Shown here in pieces: positions 35,679 to 44,494 of a stretch of 64,000 nt of DNA. The translations under genes were made by a program, and so were the position numbers. How positions within the stretch are numbered: the first letter of the stretch is position 1; every line of letters starts with the position of its first letter. Source of the DNA: an uncultured Elusimicrobia bacterium (GTDB taxonomy: Bacteria; Elusimicrobiota; Elusimicrobia; F11). The notes beneath the pieces are model-generated. The model was given only the letters and a program-made list of their open reading frames with translations, was not told where the DNA came from and ran no database searches. The stretch spans positions 24,571-88,570 of the forward strand of contig CAYOPN010000002.1 of NCBI GenBank assembly GCA_964405835.1, given 5' to 3'.

Positions 35679-36509
35679 TTAGGCCGCCTTGACCTTCAGG
35701 AAATCTTTGACTTGGGCAATGGTCCCTTGTTCGATGCTCCGGATGATGCGGCTGCCGCGAAGCGAATCCGCATTGATGCCGTCGGTATTCCCCTCCGCGA
35801 TGGCGCGCTTCATAAAATTAAAATGGAACAACGACGCCACGCTGACCGCGTCGGCATGACCATCTTGAATAACCGCTTCGATGTCCTCGGGCGCTCCCGC
35901 GCCGCCCGCGGCAATGACCGGAATGGAAACCATATCGGCCATTTTGCGCGTGAGCTCCACGTCGTACCCTTTGCCCGCGCCTTCTTTGTCGATGGAGGTG
36001 AGCAAAATCTCGCCGGCCCCCAATTCTTGCGCGCGCTGGGCCCATGCAAAGGCCTCAACGCCGGTGTTTTCCCGTCCGTTGTTTGTGAAGCAAAGATAGC
36101 CGCCGTTCGGCTGGCGAATAACTTCGATAGACACGACGATCGTCGATGAACCAAAAATACGGGACGCTTCGCCGATAAGCTGCGGCTGGTTAATGACGGC
36201 GGTATTTAACGACACCTTGTCGGCCCCGGCGCGCAGGACTTGGCGGATATCTTCAATGGTCCGCAAACCGCCGCCGACCGTGAGCGGGATGAAAATCTCC
36301 TTGGAAATGCGCTTTACGATGTCCAACAAACTGTTTCGTTCGTAAAGGCTGGCCACCACATCCATAAAAATCAATTCATCGGCGCCCTGGTCGTAATAAT
36401 GCCGCGCGAAAATTTCGGGACGGCCCAAGACCCGCAAACCTTCCAGGTGGATTCCTTTGACGAGATTCGGGCCTTTGATATCGAGGCGGGGAATGATTCG
36501 GATTGCCAT
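35679..36509 (-). CDS. hisF: Imidazole-glycerol-phosphate-synthase-like cyclase subunit (HisF paralogue, WbuZ-like)
   Basis: RIIPRLDIKG...VKGI, DELIFMDV, PLTVGGGLR, ADKVSLNTA, GAGEILLTSIDKEGAGKGYD, PVIAAGGAG. Its stop abuts the hisH start with no gap. Confidence 0.85.
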   Translation of the reverse strand: MAIRIIPRLDIKGPNLVKGIHLEGLRVLGRPEIFARHYYDQGADELIFMDVVASLYERNSLLDIVKRISKEIFIPLTVGGGLRTIEDIRQVLRAGADKVSLNTAVINQPQLIGEASRIFGSSTIVVSIEVIRQPNGGYLCFTNNGRENTGVEAFAWAQRAQELGAGEILLTSIDKEGAGKGYDVELTRKMADMVSIPVIAAGGAGAPEDIEAVIQDGHADAVSVASLFHFNFMKRAIAEGNTDGINADSLRGSRIIRSIEQGTIAQVKDFLKVKAA

Positions 36510-36540
36510 ATTAATAGCCCCTCATTTATCAAAATTTCAA

Positions 36541-36569
36541 TTGTCCGACTACCGGGATTTCTTTATACT
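36541..36569 (+). promoter_or_regulatory. Candidate sigma70-type promoter for the plus-strand operon
   Basis: TTGTCC (36541-36546), a 17-nt spacer, then TATACT (36564-36569), 19 nt upstream of the ATG at 36588. It lies in the only divergent intergenic region (36510-36587). Sequence match only. Confidence 0.35.
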
Positions 36570-36587
36570 CGCCCGTCGTAAAATCCC

Positions 36588-37517
36588 ATGAAAGTTAATC
36601 CTTCCGGCATCATGTTTCACCACTTCCACAACGACGTCCACCCGATGTCGCAAGGCTCCATCTCGGCCGGTGATTTGGACCAAATACTCCGGCATATCGG
36701 ACGCGACAACATCCTCTCCCCCAATGAATGGCGCCAACATGCGGACCGCGGGGAGTTGGCCCCCCATCACACCTGCATCACACTCGATGACACGCTGCTT
36801 TGCCAATACGACGTGGCCAAACCGGTGTTGGACAAATGGAACATCAAGGCATTTTGGTTCGTCAATTCGGGCCCGCTCCTCGGCCAACTGGAACCGCTTG
36901 AAATTTACCGTCATTTCCGGACCATGGAATACCCAGACATCGCCGCTTTTTACGCGGATTTCTTCGAGGCGGCCGGCCGGTCGCCCTATCAATCCAAATT
37001 CAAACAGGCGCTCGGTTCTTTTGTCCCGGAAAACTATTTAAAGGAATTCCCTTTTTATACGCCGCAGGACCGCACGTTCCGTTTTGTTCGCGACCGCGTG
37101 CTGGGAAAGGCCGCTTACGACGACGTAATGCAAAGCCTCATGAAATCGCGAAGATACGACGTTCAAGCCGCTTCCCGGCTGCTCTGGATGAAGGAAAGCC
37201 AAGTGAAACAACTCCAAGAGGAAGGACATGAAATCGGGATGCATTCGCACACGCACCCGACAACGCTCGGTGAATTGGACCGCGCGGAACAACAAAAAGA
37301 ATACGAGCTCAATTTCTCTTTCTTAAAAAAGCTCCTAAACGTCTCCCCCACCAGCATGTCGCATCCCTGCAACTCCTACAGCGGCGTTACGCTCGACATC
37401 CTCCGCAATATGGGAATCACCGTTGGGTTTCGGTCGAACCCCAGCCAACCGGAATTTACCAACCTGGAATTTCCGCGCATTGACCACGCGGTGCTCATGG
37501 CAGAAGTGGCGCGATGA
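36588..37517 (+). CDS. Polysaccharide deacetylase-family (NodB-like) protein
   Basis: CITLDDTLLCQYDVAKPVLDKWNIKAFWFVNS (TFDD-like metal/acid motif) and GHEIGMHSHTHP (His-rich second motif). Confidence 0.65.
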   Translation: MKVNPSGIMFHHFHNDVHPMSQGSISAGDLDQILRHIGRDNILSPNEWRQHADRGELAPHHTCITLDDTLLCQYDVAKPVLDKWNIKAFWFVNSGPLLGQLEPLEIYRHFRTMEYPDIAAFYADFFEAAGRSPYQSKFKQALGSFVPENYLKEFPFYTPQDRTFRFVRDRVLGKAAYDDVMQSLMKSRRYDVQAASRLLWMKESQVKQLQEEGHEIGMHSHTHPTTLGELDRAEQQKEYELNFSFLKKLLNVSPTSMSHPCNSYSGVTLDILRNMGITVGFRSNPSQPEFTNLEFPRIDHAVLMAEVAR

Positions 37518-38308
37518 AAATCACGGTCTTCACAAGCAACCAACCCCGCCACCTAAACCTGGTCCGCCAACTTTCGGAAATTTCCGATGAGGTTTTTGCC
37601 TGCCTTGAGTGCAGCACGCTCTTTCCCGGCGAGGTCGAGGATTTTTATCACAAGTCGGAAACGTTCCAGGCGTATTTCCGGCATGTCATATCGGCGGAGC
37701 GCGCGCTTTTCAAGGCCCCTTCTTTTCATCCCAAAAATGTCCGCACGCTCAGCATGAAGATGGGCGACCTAAACCGCCTCACGATGGAAGAACTGGCCCC
37801 CACGCTCGACGCCGATCATTATGTGGTGTTTGGGGCCAGTTTTATTAAAGGCCCTCTCTGTGATTTCCTGGTCGAGCGCAAAGCGCTCAACATCCACATG
37901 GGTCTTTCCCCTTACTATCGCGGCAACTCTTGCAATTTCTGGGCCCTGCAAGACGGAAGACCCGAGATGGTGGGCGCTTCCATCATTCACTTGGCCAAAG
38001 GATTGGACACCGGAGAAATTCTTTTTCATTCCGTCCCCCCGGCCAAGGCCTACGCTCCCTTTGAACTCGGCATGCAGGCGGTGGCCTCCGCCCAACTCGC
38101 GCTGGTCAACATGATCAAGGAAAAGAAAATCCGCTCGTTCGCGCCGGTCGCGCAAGACAAAAGCCAAGAATTGCGTTACACGCGAAAAAACGATTTCACG
38201 GACCAGGTGGCCGCCGCGTTTATGGCCCAGCCACCGTCCTCAAACGATATTTTCAAGAAACTGAAAGAACGCCGGCTTGAAACATTCATCAACCCGGTCG
38301 TCTGCTGA
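37514..38308 (+). CDS. Formyltransferase-domain protein (Fmt/PurN N-terminal fold)
   Basis: ALNIHMGLSPYYRGNSCNFWALQDGRPEMVGASIIHLAKGLDTGEILF parallels the NxHxSLLPxxRG...GxTxxxxxxxxDxGxI core, with the catalytic His and Asp present. ATGA overlap at 37514. Confidence 0.65.
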   Translation: MKITVFTSNQPRHLNLVRQLSEISDEVFACLECSTLFPGEVEDFYHKSETFQAYFRHVISAERALFKAPSFHPKNVRTLSMKMGDLNRLTMEELAPTLDADHYVVFGASFIKGPLCDFLVERKALNIHMGLSPYYRGNSCNFWALQDGRPEMVGASIIHLAKGLDTGEILFHSVPPAKAYAPFELGMQAVASAQLALVNMIKEKKIRSFAPVAQDKSQELRYTRKNDFTDQVAAAFMAQPPSSNDIFKKLKERRLETFINPVVC

Positions 38309-38326
38309 CATGGAGATCCCAGAGTA

Positions 38327-39703
38327 ATGATAAAGTTCCCCGCGCCCCAAACCGGCCTTGCCCTTTTCGACGTGCCGGAAGAGAAGCTCGACATCAAATA
38401 CGGCCTGCCACGGGAAGTGGCCTTCTGCCAGTCCTGCGTCATTTCCAACCAGAAACCGACTTCGGCGGTGGAATACAAACACACGGCCGCCTCGAAAAAA
38501 GAGACCGTGGCGATCGGGGAAGACGGAATTTGCAGCGCGTGCCGCGTTTCGGAAGAGAAAAAGAAAATCGATTGGGCGGAACGGCGCAAAGAACTGAAAG
38601 AGCTTTGCGACAAACACCGCAAGAACGACGGCTCGTTCGACTGCCTGGTCCCCGGTTCCGGCGGCAAAGACAGTTTTTACACGGCCCACATTCTCAAGCA
38701 CGAATTCGGAATGCATCCGTTAACGATCACATGGGCGCCGCACATTTACACCGACTGGGGCTGGAAGAACATGCAGTCCTGGATCCACGCCGGGTTCGAC
38801 AATATATTGATGACGCCCAATGGAAAAGTCCACCGTTTGCTGACCCGCCTCGCCGTTGAAAACTTGTTTCATCCTTTCCAGCCCTTCTTTTACGGGCAAA
38901 AGGCATTGGCTCCGAAATTGGCCAGCAAGTTCAATATCCCGCTTATTTTTTACGGAGAGAACGAAGCCGAATATGGCAACAAAGCCGCCACATTTAAGAA
39001 CCCGAAACAAGACACCAAGTATTTCGCGATCCCCTCCCAAAGCGATATTTATCTTGGAGGTGTTTCCATGCGCGAATTGATCGAAGACTTTAAACTTGTC
39101 GACAACGACTTAAATCTCTACATGCCGGCCGACCCCAACGAACTTTCCGCGCGCAACACCGAGGTGCATTATTTAGGCTATTACCTGAAATGGCACCCGC
39201 AGTCCTGCTACTACTACGTGTGCGAGCACAGCGATTTTCAAGCTTGCCCCGAACGCAACCCCGGCACGTTCAGCAAATACGCCAGCCTCGATGACAAGAT
39301 CGATGACTTAAATTTCTATACCACCTACATCAAGTTCGGAATTGGACGCGCCACCTACGATGCCTCGCAAGAAATCCGCTCCGGCGATATTACCCGTGAA
39401 GAAGGCGTGGGCCTGGTGAAACGCTACGACGGCGAGTTCCCCGAACGGTTCATGAAAGAGTTGCTTGAATATTTGAGCCTGCCCGAGCGTCAATTCGGCG
39501 AGGTTTCGAAATTTTTCGAGAGCCCCGTCATGACACGGGCGTATTTTGATCTGTTGTGCGACAAGTTCCGTTCGCCCCATCTTTGGAAGCGCGAAGGAAA
39601 CCAATGGCAGTTGCGTCACCGCGTATGGGACAAAGAAACCCTTCCCGCCACGACGGGCCCTTCGTGGAAAAAAGAATACGACGCGAAATGGAACCTATCT
39701 TAA
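38327..39703 (+). CDS. N-acetyl sugar amidotransferase (PP-loop ATP-pyrophosphatase; WbuX/PseA/LfnA-like)
   Basis: N-terminal Cys cluster CQSCVISNQKPTS...CSAC, PP-loop CLVPGSGGKDS, and HPLTITWAPHIYTDWGWKN. This family is normally partnered with HisH/HisF paralogues, which lie divergently at 35013-36509. Confidence 0.8.
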   Translation: MIKFPAPQTGLALFDVPEEKLDIKYGLPREVAFCQSCVISNQKPTSAVEYKHTAASKKETVAIGEDGICSACRVSEEKKKIDWAERRKELKELCDKHRKNDGSFDCLVPGSGGKDSFYTAHILKHEFGMHPLTITWAPHIYTDWGWKNMQSWIHAGFDNILMTPNGKVHRLLTRLAVENLFHPFQPFFYGQKALAPKLASKFNIPLIFYGENEAEYGNKAATFKNPKQDTKYFAIPSQSDIYLGGVSMRELIEDFKLVDNDLNLYMPADPNELSARNTEVHYLGYYLKWHPQSCYYYVCEHSDFQACPERNPGTFSKYASLDDKIDDLNFYTTYIKFGIGRATYDASQEIRSGDITREEGVGLVKRYDGEFPERFMKELLEYLSLPERQFGEVSKFFESPVMTRAYFDLLCDKFRSPHLWKREGNQWQLRHRVWDKETLPATTGPSWKKEYDAKWNLS

Positions 39704-40584
39704 AACGCTGCGCGCTTTACATCCCCACAAAAGACCGTCCTCAACAACTCGACCGGCTTTTGACCGCTTACAAAACGGCCGGCTTTCGCTCCTCGATGTA
39801 TATCGGCGATGCAAGCACGAATGAGGCTTCCGCTCTCCTCTCCGAAAACATTGCAAAACAGCACGCGGAAGGACTCATGGTCCATTACCGCCGCCTGGCC
39901 AGCCGGGGGATTCACGAGGGACTGCTGGACCTGCTCGAAAACGGACAGGAAGATTTCGCGGCCTTTGTGGAAGACGACAATTTCGTATCGCCCGAAGGCC
40001 TCGCCGAGTGCGCGAAATTTTTATCGGACCATCCGGATTACCGCACGGCCTGCGGTACCGGTGAGACCTTTCACGAAAACAATCCGCAAAGGACCTCCGC
40101 CTATCCCATGGGATCCAACGAACGGGAGCGGCCGATGGACCGTTTGTCAAGCTACTTTAACGGCGGCTTGTTTCTCCCCTATCTTTCCGTCCATCGCCGA
40201 AGCGAATTTATTGAAGACCTCGCGCCTGTTCGCCGCTGCCGCGACGTTAATTTCATTGAAATACTGGTGAACGGTTTAAGCATCCTGCGCGGCAAGGCGA
40301 AATGTATCGATACGTTTTACATCCGCCGGCAGGTCCCGCGGCCGGGAGAGTACGGCATTCCACCGGCCGTCGAGTGGATCACGAGTGAGGGTTGGCGTGA
40401 TGCCGCCCTAATTTTCCTAAGCGAAATCGCCAAAGCGCTGGTTGACGCGGGCGAAGAGGCGGCAACGGCGCACGCGGCGGCGGAAACCGCGCTTTATGAC
40501 TATTTGACTGTCCGGTTCAAAGCCTGCACCCCGCCCCAACCCCTGTTGAAGAAGATTTTTAAAATGATAAAGAGCCCGGCATGA
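39688..40584 (+). CDS. Putative GT-A-fold (GT2-like) glycosyltransferase-domain protein
   Basis: Start at the internal ATG 39688 (MEPILKRCALYIPTKDRPQQL). IPTKDRP and FVEDDN resemble the GT2 N-terminal strand and DxD motifs. Weak assignment. Confidence 0.4.
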   Translation: MEPILKRCALYIPTKDRPQQLDRLLTAYKTAGFRSSMYIGDASTNEASALLSENIAKQHAEGLMVHYRRLASRGIHEGLLDLLENGQEDFAAFVEDDNFVSPEGLAECAKFLSDHPDYRTACGTGETFHENNPQRTSAYPMGSNERERPMDRLSSYFNGGLFLPYLSVHRRSEFIEDLAPVRRCRDVNFIEILVNGLSILRGKAKCIDTFYIRRQVPRPGEYGIPPAVEWITSEGWRDAALIFLSEIAKALVDAGEEAATAHAAAETALYDYLTVRFKACTPPQPLLKKIFKMIKSPA

Positions 40585-41537
40585 AAGATTTCGCTGTCAT
40601 CGGCTGCGGCGGACTGGGAGCGCGGCACGCGCAAGCCTTGTCCAAAACCAAAGAGTCTATCCGGGTATGGGCCGTCGACACTTCCGCGACCGCTCTCGAA
40701 GCGTGCCGGGACATTATTGAAAAGACGCCGGGCCGTAATCCCAAAAGCGAATTCCAATACGCGTCCGGACTCGAATCCCTTCCCAAAAAGTTGGCTTTCG
40801 TGATCATTGCGACCACGAACCGGCCGCGCCTTGGCATTTTGAAGACGTTGGTTGAAAAACATGAAGTGACGGGAATGCTGCTTGAGAAAATCCTTTTTCC
40901 GAAATGGGCCGATTACGATGAATGTGAAAAGCTTCTTAAAAAAGGCCTGCCCCCCACTTGGGTCAATACCAACATGACAATGGTCCCTCACTACCGGGAC
41001 CTAAAACCCTTTTCCCAGGGCGCGCCCGTGTCCTTGAATCTTGTCGGTGGCGACATCCGGATTGCCTCCAATTTCATTCACTACATCGACTACATTCATT
41101 TCCTGACAGGGGCCACGGAATACGAGCCCCTCATCGACCCGCGCTTTGTGACGGTCATCGACAGCAAACGGGCGGGATTCAAGGAGCTCGAAGGCGAAGC
41201 GTATTTCCGCTTCAAGGACGGCAGTTCGGTCCATATCTCGACCCGGAACAACTCCGACAATCCCTTTCAGATAGAGGTTTCAACCAAGGACGCGCATTTG
41301 TTCTCCCGGGACCGGGAAGAAAAATCGTGGCTGGCCACACGCGAAGGCAAATGGGCTTGGAAAGAATCCGTGACACCGACGCCGTTTCAAAGCCGGCTGA
41401 CCACGGAGTTGGCCGATCAGTTTATGGCGGGTCAAAAGCTTCCCCTCACCGGCCTGGAAATGTCGATCAAATTGCACCGTCCGCTCGTCCAAGCCCTGCT
41501 CAAATTGGGCAATACCGATGAAATACCCTTCACGTGA
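40581..41537 (+). CDS. Gfo/Idh/MocA-like NAD(P)-binding oxidoreductase
   Basis: MKDFAVIGCGGLGARHAQAL Rossmann motif and MLLEKIL (EKP-like position). ATGA overlap at 40581. Confidence 0.5.
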   Translation: MKDFAVIGCGGLGARHAQALSKTKESIRVWAVDTSATALEACRDIIEKTPGRNPKSEFQYASGLESLPKKLAFVIIATTNRPRLGILKTLVEKHEVTGMLLEKILFPKWADYDECEKLLKKGLPPTWVNTNMTMVPHYRDLKPFSQGAPVSLNLVGGDIRIASNFIHYIDYIHFLTGATEYEPLIDPRFVTVIDSKRAGFKELEGEAYFRFKDGSSVHISTRNNSDNPFQIEVSTKDAHLFSRDREEKSWLATREGKWAWKESVTPTPFQSRLTTELADQFMAGQKLPLTGLEMSIKLHRPLVQALLKLGNTDEIPFT

Positions 41538-41558
41538 TTTTTTTCTACCATCCGGGAC

Positions 41559-42533
41559 ATGAGCAAACAATCTCTTCGTAACGCCGCCAAAGAAGCGCTA
41601 AAAGTCGCTTTTTCAATCCCCCGGAAAAACGCGCTGCGCCGCACGGCGGACCTGTACTCCAACATGCCGATCGACCCCTCGGAGATTTCCCCAAAAAGGT
41701 CGAAGACCATCAAGAGCTACATTGCCAAACGCGCGTTCGGGTCCGAATCCGTCGATTTTTTTGAACACATCCGCCGGAACTACGGGAAGTCTTTCGAACA
41801 CGGCGCCAGCCTGGGATCGCATCACGCGAACTTTGAGCGCGACCTGATGACACGCGGACTCGTGCGCAACATGGACTGTTACGAAATATCCCCTGGCGCC
41901 ATTGTTAAAGCCAAAGCGCTCGCGCAAAACGACGGCCTTACCAACATCCGCTTTTTCGAACAGAACCTGAACGACATGAAGTTCGAACGCGCCAAATACA
42001 ACGCGATCTTCGCGTTCAAGAGCCTGCACCACGTTGAAAATCTGGAAGGCCTGTTTGAACGTGTCCGCGCCGCCTTGCTGCCGGATGGCTACTTCTTTGT
42101 GGACGATTTCTTCGGTCCCCGGCGCCTGCAATGGACAGACGAACAGCTTCGCATCACCAATGAAATTCTCGCGCTGCTTCCCGACGAACTAAAGGTGGAC
42201 CTGGGGTCGTTCCGTCCCAAAATCCATGGCGAACGAAAACGCAGCAGCATTGAGGAAAACATTGCGATCGATCCCTCCGAAGCGGTCCGTTCGGATGATG
42301 TACTGCCGGTCCTGAAGAAATATTTTGAGGTCATCGAAGAGAAAGACTACGGCGGGAACATCTACTTGCTGCTGTTCAACAAGATCATGGGCAACTTCCG
42401 GGACGACCATCCGTTATCGCAAACGATTATCCGGCTGATCATGTACATCGAAGAGCAGGCGCTCAAGACCGGCACCCTCAAAAGCAGCGACTTTAAATAC
42501 CTCATCGCCCGCCCCCTTCCAAAAACCAACTAG
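41559..42533 (+). CDS. Class I SAM-dependent methyltransferase
   Basis: NMDCYEISPGAIVKAK, IRFFEQNLNDMKF, YNAIFAFKSLHHVENLEGLF, LLPDGYFFVDDF. Confidence 0.7.
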   Translation: MSKQSLRNAAKEALKVAFSIPRKNALRRTADLYSNMPIDPSEISPKRSKTIKSYIAKRAFGSESVDFFEHIRRNYGKSFEHGASLGSHHANFERDLMTRGLVRNMDCYEISPGAIVKAKALAQNDGLTNIRFFEQNLNDMKFERAKYNAIFAFKSLHHVENLEGLFERVRAALLPDGYFFVDDFFGPRRLQWTDEQLRITNEILALLPDELKVDLGSFRPKIHGERKRSSIEENIAIDPSEAVRSDDVLPVLKKYFEVIEEKDYGGNIYLLLFNKIMGNFRDDHPLSQTIIRLIMYIEEQALKTGTLKSSDFKYLIARPLPKTN

Positions 42534-43717
42534 CTTCTTTTGCGCCGTCCGATGAAGTCGAAGAGATAAGATGAAATCGGCTTTCTTTCCGAAAAGAAAA
42601 AGGCCTTCCTGACGAAATAGTGCGTGAACAGCGGGTTCACGTCAAACAGAAACGTTTCAAAATCATCCAGAGGATAGTCCCGCACGCTGGTGCCGGTATT
42701 GTGGGTCGGGTCCATGCGCGGACCGGAAACAAATCGGTTGCTCGTGAAAAAGAACTCCGCGCTTTTAAACGATTCACAGTCCAAATAATGGTCGAACCAC
42801 TCACGGGACATCTCTCCAAAGGACACGAAGTTGGTCAGCATGTCATAGGAACCGGCTGCCAATTTCTTGTACCAATCAACCGGGACCAGAACAAAATCGT
42901 ATTGGTCGATGAACTCCCGGGAGATCACTTCCTTGTCGGAAAAATCCGCCAAGGTCGCCATCCGGGCCTCCGGAAACGCACGGCCGAGATAATAGGCGGC
43001 CAAAAGAAGTTGGTCCGGAAAATCGACGAGGATATGCGTGGTCTTCGGATATTCGGACTTAAACAAGTTCGAAAAAACGCCGTACGCGCTGCCCAAGTCG
43101 AGGCTGACGAACTTCTGCCGTGACGACAATTCCTTCCCGAGATGCCGGCGCAGCAAATTAATGAAGTAGATGTGGCGTGCCCAGCGGACATTAAAGGTAT
43201 GGCCCTGATGGCGATACGCGTACGGATTTCCCGGCGATGTCGACACATCGTATTTCTGAAGAAGGTCCAGGGCCCCTTCTTTTTTCAAAATCTCAAAATA
43301 CTCGAGCAAGATGCGGTTGAAATGCCGCGTATACCCGTTGAATGTTTGCCGCGCGATATCGATCGCGCCCATGATGGGATTTTTCAAGAACGGGGCCGCC
43401 CAATAACGCGGGTTCCAGTTCGAATAATCGGTGATGGGTCCGCTATCGGGAATGAAAACGTCCATGCGCCGGAAATTTTCGAACACGGACATCCTGATTT
43501 TCCCCTCCGCCGTGAACAACAGAGATGGGGCGGCCTCGACCCTTTTCTTCCAGGTATCGGCGAGTGAATCGGTCGACAGTTCCGTTTTGGAACGGTGATA
43601 GGCGTTCATTGATTCAAGCCGCTGAGTCAATTGGGCGGGAGTATGGTTGGTGGCATGCGCTTCATCCAAATTGCGGGCCTTCCGCCAATTCGTGAAGACT
43701 TTTTCGAGGGTATTCAA
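42530..43717 (-). CDS. Putative sugar O-methyltransferase-like protein
   Basis: FVSLDLGSAYGVFSNLF (motif-I-like), HILVDFPDQLLLAAYYL, and a large N-terminal helical region. The track start is TTG with no obvious Shine-Dalgarno. Stop codons of this gene and 41559..42533 share one CTAG. Confidence 0.45.
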   Translation of the reverse strand: MNTLEKVFTNWRKARNLDEAHATNHTPAQLTQRLESMNAYHRSKTELSTDSLADTWKKRVEAAPSLLFTAEGKIRMSVFENFRRMDVFIPDSGPITDYSNWNPRYWAAPFLKNPIMGAIDIARQTFNGYTRHFNRILLEYFEILKKEGALDLLQKYDVSTSPGNPYAYRHQGHTFNVRWARHIYFINLLRRHLGKELSSRQKFVSLDLGSAYGVFSNLFKSEYPKTTHILVDFPDQLLLAAYYLGRAFPEARMATLADFSDKEVISREFIDQYDFVLVPVDWYKKLAAGSYDMLTNFVSFGEMSREWFDHYLDCESFKSAEFFFTSNRFVSGPRMDPTHNTGTSVRDYPLDDFETFLFDVNPLFTHYFVRKAFFFSERKPISSYLFDFIGRRKRS

Positions 43718-43725
43718 AGCTGTTC

Positions 43726-44448
43726 TTACTTTATCGCCAAATAACCTTCGAAGCAGACGTACTTAAACACGGTGATGACGTCTTTGAAACCGGCACGCGT
43801 CAGAAGATCGTTGTTACCCTGCGTCGAAAATGGCTCGAGCACGCCCTTGAGGCTGCGCGCCTTGGCGATGATCTCGTTCGGAGAATATCCCTTCGCCAAT
43901 TTGTAGTCGGTATAAAGCGAGGTCATGATGTCTTGAAAACGGGCGTCGGAAGAGCGGACCTTTTCAAACCAGATGAAGGCGCCGCCCCAATTGAGCGATT
44001 CGTAAATCCGGTTAAGGAGGATCTGCCGGTTCTTCGGATGGACAAACTGAATGGTGTAGTAGGAGGTGATTAGATCGGAGGGAGCGAACTGAATATTCAT
44101 CAAGTCATCGCTCACAAAGGAAACATTGGAATAGGCCGCGCAATTCTTCCGGGCCTGCTCAACCATGTCCGCTTCGCGGTCGATGCCGATAAAATCAACT
44201 TTCTTGCTCTTGTTGTGCTCCGCCAATACCGAGGTGAGTTTGCCGGTGGACGAACCAATCTCATAGGCGGTCGATCCGTTGGAAAGGAAGAAATCGGAGA
44301 GTTTTACGACGAGATCGTGGCCTTCGTGGTAGAAAGGGACGGATTTTTCGACATGCTGATCAAATTTTTTCGCTACTTCACCACCGAAGGACCAATTGGC
44401 ATTTTCAGCGACGATGTCATCACCGGTCAAATTTGATGCCGTTGTCAT
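43726..44448 (-). CDS. CmoA-family (carboxy-SAM synthase-like) methyltransferase-fold protein
   Basis: Collinear with E. coli CmoA as I recall it: NWSFGGEVAKKFDQHVEKSVPFY (vs [23 protein letters not shown]), YEIGSSTG, SYYTIQFVHPKNRQILLNRIYESLNWGGAFIWFEK, KGYSPNEIIAKARSL, CFEGYLAIK. Strong AGGAGG Shine-Dalgarno 7 nt upstream. Confidence 0.75.
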   Translation of the reverse strand: MTTASNLTGDDIVAENANWSFGGEVAKKFDQHVEKSVPFYHEGHDLVVKLSDFFLSNGSTAYEIGSSTGKLTSVLAEHNKSKKVDFIGIDREADMVEQARKNCAAYSNVSFVSDDLMNIQFAPSDLITSYYTIQFVHPKNRQILLNRIYESLNWGGAFIWFEKVRSSDARFQDIMTSLYTDYKLAKGYSPNEIIAKARSLKGVLEPFSTQGNNDLLTRAGFKDVITVFKYVCFEGYLAIK

Positions 44449-44494
44449 AGAGGCCTCCTTTCCTGGGATGGGTGCTTATCGACGGAGCTGACTA

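Noticed and set aside
35013-36509. hisH/hisF as part of a histidine biosynthesis operon
   Set aside because: No hisA, hisB, hisC, hisD, hisG or hisI is nearby. The genes are embedded in sugar genes and paired with a WbuX-type amidotransferase, which fits the glycan-associated paralogue class. It remains to be confirmed that housekeeping copies exist elsewhere.
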